Shown here: positions 41,201 through 54,240 of the stretch, piece after piece
Position numbering within the stretch: the first letter of the stretch is position 1
Layout of the letters: every line of letters begins with the position of its first letter
Assembly: GCF_030144855.1 (NCBI RefSeq)
Contig: NC_082727.1
Location: 9,858,001-9,922,000 of the forward strand
Length of the DNA stretch: 64,000 bases
Direction: 5' to 3'
Source of the DNA: Hypanus sabinus
Lineage: Eukaryota
Translations under genes and position numbers: made by a program
Notes under the pieces: model-generated
Database searches by the model: none
What the model saw: the letters and a program-made list of their open reading frames with translations, nothing else
What the model was told of the DNA's origin: nothing

Positions 41201-41871
41201 GCTCTCTCTCTCCGATACAGGACCTGACTGCTCTCTCTCTCCGATAGAGGACCTGACTGCTCTCTCTGATACAGGACCTGACTGCTCTCTCTCCGATACA
41301 GGACCTGACTGCTCTCTCTCCGATTCAGGACCTGACTGCTCTCTCTCTCCGATACAGGACCTGACTGCTATCTCTCTCCGATAGAGGACCTGACTGCTCT
41401 CTCTCCGATACAGGACCTGACTGCTCTTTCTCCGATACAGGACCTGACTGCTCTCTCTCTCCAACAGAGGACCTTACTGCTCTCTCTCTGATAGAGGACC
41501 TGTCTGCTCTCTCTCTCTCCGATACAGGACCTGACAGCTCGCTCTCTCCGACAGAGGACCTGACTGCTCTCTCTCTCCGATAGAGGACCTGACTGCTCTC
41601 TCTCCGATAGAGGACCTGACTGCTCTCTCCGATAGAGGACCTGACTGCTCTCTCTCTCCGACAGAGGACCTGACTGCTCTCTCTCTCCGATACAGGACCT
41701 GACTGCTCTCTCCGATTGAGGACCTGACTGCTCTCTCTCTCTGATAGAGAACCTGACTGCTCTCTCTCCGATAGAGGACCTCACTGCTCTCTCCAATACA
41801 GGACCTGACTGCTCTCTCCGATAGAGGACCTGAGTGCTCTCTCTCCGATACAGGACAGGACTGCACTCTCT
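32264..41871 (+). repeat. Tandem duplication of 4804 bp (32264-37067, 37068-41871), each copy containing an internal 1298-bp tandem duplication
   Basis: Identical ORFs occur at offset 4804 (32718/37522, 33096/37900, 34673/39477) and at offset 1298 (34673/35971, 35078/36376, 39477/40775). The marker caggacaggactgcac occurs near 37047 and 41851. Confidence 0.93.
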
Positions 41872-44800
41872 CCGATACAGGACCTGACCGCTCTCTCGCT
41901 CCGATACAGGACCTGACTGCTCTCTCCGATTGAGGAACTGACTGCTCTCTCTCCGATACAGGACCTGACTGCTCTCTCTCCGATACAGGACCTGACTGCT
42001 CTCTCTCCGATACAGGACCTGACTGCTCTCTCTCCGATAGAGGACCTGACTGCACTCTCTCTCCAATGGAGGACCAGACTGCTCTCTCTCTCTCCGATAC
42101 AGGACCTGACTGCTCTCTCTCTCTCCGATACAGGACCTGACTGCTCTCTCTCTCTCCGATACAGGACCTGACTGCTCTCTCTCCGATACAGGACCTGACT
42201 GCTCTCTCTCGCCGATAGAGGACCTGACTGCTCTCTCTCCGACACAGGACCTGACTGCTCTCTCTCCCATACAAGACCTGACTGCTCTCTCTCGCCGATA
42301 GAGAACTTGACTGCTCTCTCCGATACAGAACCTGACTGCTCTCTCTCCGATACTGGACCTGACTGCTCTCTCTCGCCGATAGAGGACCTGACTGCTCTCT
42401 CTCCGATACAGGACCTGACTGCTCTCTCTCCGATACAGGACCTGACTGCTCTCTCTCCGATACAGGACCTGACTGCTCTCTCTCCGATACAGGACCTGAC
42501 TGCTCTCTCTCCGATACAGGACCTGACAGCTCTCTCTCTGATAGAGGACCTGACTGCTCTCTCCGACTGAGAACCTGACTGCTCTCTCTCTCTCTCCGAT
42601 ACAGGACCTGACTGCTCTCTCTCTCCGATACAGGACCTGACTGCTCTCTCTCCGATACAGGACCTGACTGCTCTTTCTCCGATACAGGACCTGACTGCTC
42701 TTTCTCCGATACAGGACCTGACTGCTCTCTCTCTCCTATACAGGACCTGACTGCTCTCTCTCTCCGATACAGGACCTGACTGCTCTCTCTCTCCGATACA
42801 GGACCTGACTGCTCTCTCTCCGATACAGGACCTGACTGCTCTTTCTCCGATACAGGACCTGACTGCTCTCTCTCTCCTATACAGGACCTGACTGCTCTCT
42901 CTCTCCGATACAGGACCTGACTGCTCTCTCTCCGATAAAGGACCTGACTGCTCTCTCTCTCCGATACAGGACCTGACTGCTCTCTCTCCGATACAGGACC
43001 TGACTGCTCTCTCTCCGATACCGGACCTGACTGCTCTCTCTCCGATACAGGACCTGACTGCTCTTTCTCCGATACAGGACCTGACAGCTCTCTCTCTCCG
43101 ATACAGGACCTGACTGCTCTCTCTCCGATACAGGACCTGACTGCTCTCTCTCCGATACAGGACCTGACTGCTCTCTCTCCGATAAAGGACCTGACTGCTC
43201 TCTCTCTCCGATACAGGACCTGACTGCTCTCTCTCCGATACAGGACCTGACTGCTCTCTCCGATACAGGATCTGACTGCTCTCTCTCCGATACAGGACCT
43301 GACTGCTCTCTCTCTCCGATACAGGACCTGACTGCTCTCTCTCCGATACAGGACCTGACTGCTCTTTCTCCGATACAGGACCTGACTGCTCTCTCTCTCC
43401 GATAGAGGACCTGACTGCTCTCTCTCTCCGATACAGGACCTGACTGCTCTCTCTCCGATAAAGGACCTGACTGCTCTCTCTCTCCGATACAGGACCTGAC
43501 TGCTCTCTCTCCGATACAGGACCTGACTGCTCTCTCTCCGATACCGGACCTGACTGCTCTCTCTCCGAAACAGGACCTGACTGCTCTTTCTCCGATACAG
43601 GACCTGACAGCTCTCTCTCTCCGATACAGGACCTGACTGCTCTGTCTCCAATACAGGACCTGACTGCTCTCTCTCCGATACAGGACCTGACTGCTCTCTC
43701 TCCGATAAAGGACCTGACTGCTCTCTCTCTCCGATACAGGACCTGACTGCTCTCTCTCCGATACAGGACCTGACTGCTCTCTCCGATACAGGATCTGACT
43801 GCTCTCTCTCCGATACAGGACCTGACCGCTCTCTCTCTCCTATACAGGACCTGACTGCTCTCACTCCGATAAAGGACCTGACTACTCTCTCTCCGATACA
43901 GGACCTGACTGCTCTCTCTCTCCTATACAGGACCTGACTGCTCTCACTCCGATAAAGGACCTGACTGCTCTCTCTCCGATACAGGACCTGACCGCTCTCT
44001 CTCTCTCCGATACAGGACCTGACTGCTCTCTCTCTCCGATACAGGACCTGACTGCTCTCTCCGATACAGGACCTGACTGCTCTCTCTCCGATACAGGACC
44101 TGACTGCTCACTCTCCGATACAGGACCTGACTGCTCTCTCTCTCTCCGATACAGGACCTGACTGCTCTCTCTCCGATACAGGACCTGACTGCTCTCTCTC
44201 CGATAGAGGACCTGACTGCTCTCTCTCCGATACAGGACCTGACTGCTCTTCCGACTGAGGACCTGACGGCTCTCTCTCCGATACAGGACCTGACTGCTCT
44301 TCCGACTGAGGACCTGACTGCTCTCTCTCCGATACAGGACCTGACGGCTCTCTCTCTCCGATACAGGACTTGACTGCTCTCTCTCCGACAGAGGACCTGA
44401 CTGCTCTCTCACCAACTGAGGACCTGACTGCTCTCTCTCTCCGATACAGGACCTGACTGCTCTCTCTCTCCGATAGAGGACCTGACTGCTCTCTCTGATA
44501 CAGGACCTGACTGCTCTCTCTCCGATACAGGACCTGACTGCTCTCTCTCCGATTCAGGACCTGACTGCTCTCTCTCTCCGATACAGGACCTGACTGCTAT
44601 CTCTCTCCGATAGAGGACCTGACTGCTCTCTCTCCGATACAGGACCTGACTGCTCTTTCTCCGATACAGGACCTGACTGCTCTCTCTCTCCAACAGAGGA
44701 CCTTACTGCTCTCTCTCTGATAGAGGACCTGTCTGCTCTCTCTCTCTCCGATACAGGACCTGACAGCTCGCTCTCTCCGACAGAGGACCTGACTGCTCTC

Positions 44801-47300
44801 TCTCTCCGATAGAGGACCTGACTGCTCTCTCTCCGATAGAGGACCTGACTGCTCTCTCCGATAGAGGACCTGACTGCTCTCTCTCTCCGACAGAGGACCT
44901 GACTGCTCTCTCTCTCCGATACAGGACCTGACTGCTCTCTCCGATTGAGGACCTGACTGCTCTCTCTCTCTGATAGAGAACCTGACTGCTCTCTCTCCGA
45001 TAGAGGACCTCACTGCTCTCTCCAATACAGGACCTGACTGCTCTCTCCGATAGAGGACCTGAGTGCTCTCTCTCCGATATAGGACCGGACTGCACTCTCT
45101 CCGATACAGGACCTGACCGCTCTCTCGCTCCGATACAGGACCTGACTGCTCTCTCCGATTGAGGAACTGACTGCTCTCTCTCCGATACAGGACCTGACTG
45201 CTCTCTCTCCGATACAGGACCTGACTGCTCTCTCTCCGATACAGGACCTGACTGCTCTCTCTCCGATAGAGGACCTGACTGCACTCTCTCTCCAATGGAG
45301 GACCAGACTGCTCTCTCTCTCTCCGATACAGGACCTGACTGCTCTCTCTCTCTCCGATACAGGACCTGACTGCTCTCTCTCTCTCCGATACAGGACCTGA
45401 CTGCTCTCTCTCCGATACAGGACCTGACTGCTCTCTCTCGCCGATAGAGGACCTGACTGCTCTCTCTCCGACACAGGACCTGACTGCTCTCTCTCCCATA
45501 CAAGACCTGACTGCTCTCTCTCGCCGATAGAGAACTTGACTGCTCTCTCCGATACAGAACCTGACTGCTCTCTCTCCGATACTGGACCTGACTGCTCTCT
45601 CTCGCCGATAGAGGACCTGACTGCTCTCTCTCCGATACAGGACCTGACTGCTCTCTCTCCGATACAGGACCTGACTGCTCTCTCTCCGATACAGGACCTG
45701 ACTGCTCTCTCTCCGATACAGGACCTGACTGCTCTCTCTCCGATACAGGACCTGACAGCTCTCTCTCTGATAGAGGACCTGACTGCTCTCTCAGACTGAG
45801 AACCTGACTGCTCTCTCTCTCTCTCCGATACAGGACCTGACTGCTCTCTCTCTCCGATACAGGACCTGACTGCTCTCTCTCCGATACAGGACCTGACTGC
45901 TCTTTCTCCGATACAGGACCTGACTGCTCTTTCTCCGATACAGGACCTGACTGCTCTCTCTCTCCTATACAGGACCTGACTGCTCTCTCTCTCCGATACA
46001 GGACCTGACTGCTCTCTCTCTCCGATACAGGACCTGACTGCTCTCTCTCCGATACAGGACCTGACTGCTCTTTCTCCGATACAGGACCTGACTGCTCTCT
46101 CTCTCCTATACAGGACCTGACTGCTCTCTCTCTCCGATACAGGACCTGACTGCTCTCTCTCCGATAAAGGACCTGACTGCTCTCTCTCTCCGATACAGGA
46201 CCTGACTGCTCTCTCTCCGATACAGGACCTGACTGCTCTCTCTCCGATACCGGACCTGACTGCTCTCTCTCCGATACAGGACCTGACTGCTCTTTCTACG
46301 ATACAGGACCTGACAGCTCTCTCTCTCCGATACAGGACCTGACTGCTCTCTCTCCGATACAGGACCTGACTGCTCTCTCTCCGATACAGGACCTGACTGC
46401 TCTCTCTCCGATAAAGGACCTGACTGCTCTCTCTCTCCGATACAGGACCTGACTGCTCTCTCTCCGATACAGGACCTGACTGCTCTCTCCGATACAGGAT
46501 CTGACTGCTCTCTCTCCGATACAGGACCTGACTGCTCTCTCTCTCCGATACAGGACCTGACTGCTCTCTCTCCGATACAGGACCTGACTGCTCTTTCTCC
46601 GATACAGGACCTGACTGCTCTCTCTCTCCTATACAGGACCTGACTGCTCTCTCTCTCCGATACAGGACCTGACTGCTCTCTCTCCGATAAAGGACCTGAC
46701 TGCTCTCTCTCTCCGATACAGGACCTGACTGCTCTCTCTCCGATACAGGACCTGACTGCTCGTTCTCCGATACCGGACCTGACTGCTCTCTCTCCGATAC
46801 AGGACCTGACTGCTCTTTCTCCGATACAGGACCTGACAGCTCTCTCTCTCCGATACAGGACCTGACTGCTCTGTCTCCAATACAGGACCTGACTGCTCTC
46901 TCTCCGATACAGGACCTGACTGCTCTCTCTCCGATAAAGGACCTGACTGCTCTCTCTCTCCGATACAGGACCTGACTGCTCTCTCTCCGATACAGGACCT
47001 GACTGCTCTCTCCGATACAGGATCTGACTGCTCTCTCTCCGATACAGGACCTGACCGCTCTCTCTCTCCTATACAGGACCTGACTGCTCTCACTCCGATA
47101 AAGGACCTGACTACTCTCTCTCCGATACAGGACCTGACTGCTCTCTCTCTCCTATACAGGACCTGACTGCTCTCACTCCGATAAAGGACCTGACTGCTCT
47201 CTCTCCGATACAGGACCTGACCGCTCTCTCTCTCTCCGATACAGGACCTGACTGCTCTCTCTCTCCGATACAGGACCTGACTGCTCTCTCCGATACAGGA
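40840..47300 (+). repeat. Tandem duplication of 3229 bp (~40840-44070, ~44070-47300)
   Basis: ORF offsets of 3229: 41180/44409, 41368/44597, 42307/45536, 43882/47111. Confidence 0.9.
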
Positions 47301-50300
47301 TCTGACTGCTCTCTCTCCGATACAGGACCTGACTGCTCTCTCTCTTTCCGATAGAGGACCTGACTGCTCTCTCTCTCCAATAGAGGATATGACTGCTCTC
47401 TCTCCGATACAGGACCTGACTGCTCTCTCTCCGACAGAGGACCTGACTGCTCTCTCTCCGACTGAGGACCTGACTGCTCTCTCTCCGACAGATGACCTGA
47501 CTGCTCTCTCTAAGATAGAGGAACTGACTGCTCTCTCTCTCCGATACAGGACCTGACTGCGCTCTCTCCGATACAGGACCTGACTGCTCTCTCTCCGATA
47601 GAGGACCTGACTGCTCTCTCTCTCCAATAGAGGACATGACTGCTCTCTCTCCGATACAGGACCTGACTGCTCTCTCTCCGATACAGGACCTGACTGCTCT
47701 CTCTCTCCGATACAGGACCTGACTGCTCTCTCTCTCCGATACAGGACCTGACTGCTCTCTCTCCAATACAGGACCTGACTGCTCTCTCTCCGATACAGAA
47801 CCTGACTGCTCTCTCTCTCCGATACAGGACCTGACTGCTCTCTCTCTCCGATACAGGACCTGACTGCTCTCTCTCTCTCCGATACAGGACCTGAGTGCTC
47901 TCTCTCCGATACAGGACCTGAGTGCACTCTCTCCGATACAGGACCTGACTGCTCTGTCTCTCCGATACAGGACCTGACTGCTCTCTCTCTCCGATGCAGG
48001 ACCTGACTGCTCTCTCTCTCCGATAGAGGACCTGACTGCTCTCTCTCCGATACAGGACCTGACTGCTCTCTCTCTCCGATACAGGACCTGACTGCTCTCT
48101 CCGATACAGGACCTGACTGCTCTCTCTCCGAAACAGGACCTGACTGCTCTCTCTCCGATAGAGGACCTGACTGCTCTCTCTCTCCGATACAGGACCTGAC
48201 TGCTCTCTCTCCGATAGAGGACCTGACTGCTCTCTCTCCGATAGAGGACCTGACTGCACTCTCTCTCCGATACAGGACCAGACTGCTCTCTCTCCGATTG
48301 AGGACCTGACTGTTCTCTCTCCGATACAGGACCAGACTGCTCTCTCTCCGATACAGGACCTGACTGCTCTCTCCGATAGAGGACCTGACTGCTCTCTCTC
48401 TCCGATAGAGGACCTGACTGCTCTCTCCGATACAGGACCTGACTGCTCTCTCTCTCCGATGGAGGACCTGACTGCTCTCTCTCTCCGATACAGGACCTGA
48501 CTGCTCTCTCTCTCCGATACAGGACCTGACTGCTCTCTCTCTCTCCGATAGAGGACCTGACCGCTCTTTCTCTCTCCTATACAGGACCTGACTGCTCTCT
48601 CTCTCCTATACAAGACCTGACTGCTCTCTCTCCGATACAGGACCTGACTGCTCTCTCTCCGATAGAGGACCTGACTGCTCTCACTCTCTGATACAGGACC
48701 TGACTGCTCTCTCTCTCCTATACAGGACCTGACTGCTCTCTCCGATACAGGACCTGACTGCTCTCTCTCTCCTATACAGGACCTGACTTCTCTCTCTCCG
48801 ATACAGGACCTGACTACTCTCTCTCTCCGATACAGGACCTGACTGCTCTCTCTCGCCGATAGAGGACCTGACTGCTCTCTCTCTCCGATACAGGACCTGA
48901 CTGCTCTCTCTCTCCTATACAGGACCTGACTGCTCTCTCTCTCCGATACAGGACCTGACTGCTCTCTCTCCGATACAGGACCTGACTGCTCTCTCTCTCC
49001 GATACATGACCTGACTGCTCTCTCTTTCCGATACATGACCTGACTGCTCTCTCTCTTTCCGATACAGGACCTGACTGCTCTCTCTCCGATAGAGGACCTG
49101 ACTACTCTCTCTCTCCGATACAGGACCTGACTACTCTCTCTCTCCGATACAGGACCTGACTGCTCTCTCTCTCCGATACAGGACCTGACTGCTCTCTCTC
49201 TCCGATACAGGACCTGACTGCTCTCTCTCCGATACAGGACCTGACTGCTCTCTCTCTCCGATACATGACCTGACTGCTCTCTCTTTCCGATACATGACCT
49301 GACTGCTCTCTCTCTTTCCGATACAGGACCTGACTGCTCTCTCTCCGATAGAGGACCTGACTACTCTCTCTCTCCGATACAGGACCTGACTGCTCTCTCT
49401 CTCCGATACAGGACCTGACTGCTCTCTCTCTCTCCGATAGAGGACCTGACCGCTCTTTCTCTCTCCTATACAGGACCTGACTGCTCTCTCTCTCCTATAC
49501 AAGACCTGACTGCTCTCTCTCCGATACAGGACCTGACTGCTCTCTCTCCGATAGAGGACCTGACTGCTCTCACTCTCCGATACAGGACCTGACTGCTCTC
49601 TCTCTCCTATACAGGACCTGACTGCTCTCTCCGATACAGGACCTGACTGCTCTCTCTCTCCTATACAGGACCTGACTTCTCTCTCTCCGATACAGGACCT
49701 GACTACTCTCTCTCTCCGATACAGGACCTGACTGCTCTCTCTCGCCGATACAGGACCTGACTGCTCTCTCTCTCCGATACAGGACCTGACTGCTATCTCT
49801 CTCCGATAGAGGACCTGACTGCTCTCTCTCCGATACAGGACCTGACTGCTCTTTCTCCGATACAGGACCTGACTGCTCTCTCTCTCCAACAGAGGACCTT
49901 ACTGCTCTCTCTCTGATAGAGGACCTGTCTGCTCTCTCTCTCTCCGATACAGGACCTGACAGCTCGCTCTCTCCGACAGAGGACCTGACTGCTCTCTCTC
50001 TCCGATAGAGGACCTGACTGCTCTCTCTCCGATAGAGGACCTGACTGCTCTCTCCGATAGAGGACCTGACTGCTCTCTCTCTCCGACAGAGGACCTGACT
50101 GCTCTCTCTCTCCGATACAGGACCTGACTGCTCTCTCCGATTGAGGACCTGACTGCTCTCTCTCTCTGATAGAGAACCTGACTGCTCTCTCTCCGATAGA
50201 GGACCTCACTGCTCTCTCCAATACAGGACCTGACTGCTCTCTCCGATAGAGGACCTGAGTGCTCTCTCTCCGATATAGGACCGGACTGCACTCTCTCCGA

Positions 50301-53300
50301 TACAGGACCTGACCGCTCTCTCGCTCCGATACAGGACCTGACTGCTCTCTCCGATTGAGGAACTGACTGCTCTCTCTCCGATACAGGACATGACTGCTCT
50401 CTCTCCGATACAGGACCTGACTGCTCTCTCTCCGATACAGGACCTGACTGCTCTCTCTCCGATAGAGGACCTGACTGCACTCTCTCTCCAATGGAGGACC
50501 AGACTGCTCTCTCTCTCTCCGATACAGGACCTGACTGCTCTCTCTCTCTCCGATACAGGACCTGACTGCTCTCTCTCTCTCCGATACAGGACCTGACTGC
50601 TCTCTCTCCGATACAGGACCTGACTGCTCTCTCTCGCCGATAGAGGACCTGACTGCTCTCTCTCCGACACAGGACCTGACTGCTCTCTCTCCCATACAAG
50701 ACCTGACTGCTCTCTCTCGCCGATAGAGAACTTGACTGCTCTCTCCGATACAGAACCTGACTGCTCTCTCTCCGATACTGGACCTGACTGCTCTCTCTCG
50801 CCGATAGAGGACCTGACTGCTCTCTCTCCGATACAGGACCTGACTGCTCTCTCTCCGATACAGGACCTGACTGCTCTCTCTCCGATACAGGACCTGACTG
50901 CTCTCTCTCCGATACAGGACCTGACTGCTCTCTCTCCGATACAGGACCTGACAGCTCTCTCTCTGATAGAGGACCTGACTGCTCTCTCCGACTGAGAACC
51001 TGACTGCTCTCTCTCTCTCTCCGATACAGGACCTGACTGCTCTCTCTCTCCGATACAGGACCTGACTGCTCTCTCTCCGATACAGGACCTGACTGCTCTT
51101 TCTCCGATACAGGACCTGACTGCTCTTTCTCCGATACAGGACCTGACTGCTCTCTCTCTCCTATACAGGACCTGACTGCTCTCTCTCTCCGATACAGGAC
51201 CTGACTGCTCTCTCTCCGATAAAGGACCTGACTGCTCTCTCTCTCCGATACAGGACCTGACTGCTCTCTCTCCGATACAGGACCTGACTGCTCTCTCTCC
51301 GATACCGGACCTGACTGCTCTCTCTCCGATACAGGACCTGACTGCTCTTTCTACGATACAGGACCTGACAGCTCTCTCTCTCCGATACAGGACCTGACTG
51401 CTCTCTCTCCGATACAGGACCTGACTGCTCTCTCTCCGATACAGGACCTGACTGCTCTCTCTCCGATAAAGGACCTGACTGCTCTCTCTCTCCGATACAG
51501 GACCTGACTGCTCTCTCTCCGATACAGGACCTGACTGCTCTCTCCGATACAGGATCTGACTGCTCTCTCTCCGATACAGGACCTGACTGCTCTCTCTCTC
51601 CGATACAGGACCTGACTGCTCTCTCTCCGATACAGGACCTGACTGCTCTTTCTCCGATACAGGACCTGACTGCTCTCTCTCTCCTATACAGGACCTGACT
51701 GCTCTCTCTCTCCGATACAGGACCTGACTGCTCTCTCTCCGATAAAGGACCTGACTGCTCTCTCTCTCCGATACAGGACCTGACTGCTCTCTCTCCGATA
51801 CAGGACCTGACTGCTCGTTCTCCGATACCGGACCTGACTGCTCTCTCTCCGATACAGGACCTGACTGCTCTTTCTCCGATACAGGACCTGACAGCTCTCT
51901 CTCTCCGATACAGGACCTGACTGCTCTGTCTCCAATACAGGACCTGACTGCTCTCTCTCCGATACAGGACCTGACTGCTCTCTCTCCGATAAAGGACCTG
52001 ACTGCTCTCTCTCTCCGATACAGGACCTGACTGCTCTCTCTCCGATACAGAACCTGACTGCTCTCTCTCCGATACAGGACCTGACTGCTCTCTCCGATAC
52101 AGGATCTGACCGCTCTCTCTCTCCGATACAGGACCTGACCGCTCTCTCTCTCCGATAAAGGACCTGACTGCTCTCACTCCGATAAAGGACCTGACTGCTC
52201 TCTCTCCGATACAGGACCTGACTGCTCTCACTCTCCTATACAGGACCTGACTGCTCTCACTCCGATAAAGGACCTGACCGCTCTCTCTCCGATACAGGAC
52301 CTGACCGCTCTCTCTCTCTCCGATACAGGACCTGACTGCTCTCTCTCTCCGATACAGGACCTGACTGCTCTCTCCGATACAGGACCTGACTGCTCTCTCT
52401 CCGATACAGGACCTGACTGCTCTCTCTCTTTCCGATAGAGGACCTGACTGCTCTCTCTCTCCAATAGAGGATATGACTGCTCTCTCTCCGATACAGGACC
52501 TGACTGCTCTCTCTCCGACAGAGGACCTGACTGCTCTCTCTCCGACTGAGGACCTGACTGCTCTCTCTCCGACAGATGACCTGACTGCTCTCTCTAAGAT
52601 AGAGGACCTGACTGCTCTCTCTCTCCGATACAGGACCTGACTGCGCTCTCTCCGATACAGGACCTGACTGCTCTCTCTCCGATAGAGGACCTGACTGCTC
52701 TCTCTCTCCAATAGAGGACATGACTGCTCTCTCTCCGATACAGGACCTGACTGCTCTCTCTCCGATACAGGACCTGACTGCTCTCTCTCTCCGATACAGG
52801 ACCTGACTGCTCTCTCTCTCCGATACAGGACCTGACTGCTCTCTCTCCAATACAGGACCTGACTGCTCTCTCTCCGATACAGGACCTGACTGCTCTCTCT
52901 CTCCGATACAGGACCTGACTGCTCTGTCTCTCCGATACAGGACCTGACTGCTCTCTCTCTCCGATACAGGACCTGACTGCTCTCTCTCTCCGATAGAGGA
53001 CCTGACTGCTCTCTCTCCGATACAGGACCTGACTGCTCTCTCTCTCCGATACAGGACCTGACTGCTCTCTCCGATACAGGACCTGACTGCTCTCTCTCCG
53101 AAACAGGACCTGACTGCTCTCTCTCCGATAGAGGACCTGACTGCTCTCTCTCTCCGATACAGGACCTGACTGCTCTCTCTCCGATAGAGGACCTGACTGC
53201 TCTCTCTCCGATAGAGGACCTGACTGCACTCTCTCTCCGATACAGGACCAGACTGCTCTCTCTCCGATTGAGGACCTGACTGTTCTCTCTCCGATACAGG

Positions 53301-54240
53301 ACCAGACTGCTCTCTCTCCGATACAGGACCTGACTGCTCTCTCCGATAGAGGACCTGACTGCTCTCTCTCTCCGATAGAGGACCTGACTGCTCTCTCCGA
53401 TACAGGACCTGACTGCTCTCTCTCTCCGATGGAGGACCTGACTGCTCTCTCTCTCCGATACAGGACCTGACTGCTCTCTCTCTCCGATACAGGACCTGAC
53501 TGCTCTCTCTCTCTCCGATAGAGGACCTGACCGCTCTTTCTCTCTCCGATACAGGACCTGACTGCTCTCTCTCCGATACATGACCTGACTGCACTCTCTC
53601 CGATACAGGACCTGACTGCTCTCTCTCTCCTATACAGGACCTGACTGCTCTCTCTCTCCTATACAGGACCTGACTGCTCTCTCTCCGATACAGGACCTGA
53701 CTGCTCTCTCTCCGATAGAGGACCTGACTGCTCTCACTCTCCGATACAGGACCTGACTGCTCTCTCTCTCCTATACAGGACCTGACTGCTCTCTCCGATA
53801 CAGGACCTGACTGCTCTCACTCTCCTATACAGGACCTGACTGCTCTCTCTCCGATACAGGACCTGACTACTCTCTCTCTCCGATACAGGACCTGACTGCT
53901 CTCTCTCGCCGATAGAGGACCTGACTGCTCTCTCTCTCCGATACAGGACCTGACTGCTCTCTCTCTCCTATACAGGACCTGACTGCTCTCTCTCTCCGAT
54001 ACAGGACCTGACTGCTCTCTCTCCGATACAGGACCTGACTGCTCTCTCTCTCCGATACATGACCTGACTGCTCTCTCTTTCCGATACATGACCTGACTGC
54101 TCTCTCTCTTTCCGATACAGGACCTGACTGCTCTCTCTCCGATAGAGGACCTGACTACTCTCTCTCTCCGATACAGGACCTGACTACTCTCTCTCTCCGA
54201 TACAGGACCTGACTGCTCTCTCTCTCCGATACAGGACCTG
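44550..54240 (+). repeat. Imperfect ~5.1-kb tandem duplication (~44550-49745 vs ~49746-54240)
   Basis: The offset is 5196 at first (44597/49793, 45536/50732), then 5055 (46629/51684) and 5084 (47510/52594) after whole-monomer indels. Shared rare markers include gacagatgacc..ctaagatag at ~47487-47518 and ~52571-52602. Confidence 0.82.
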
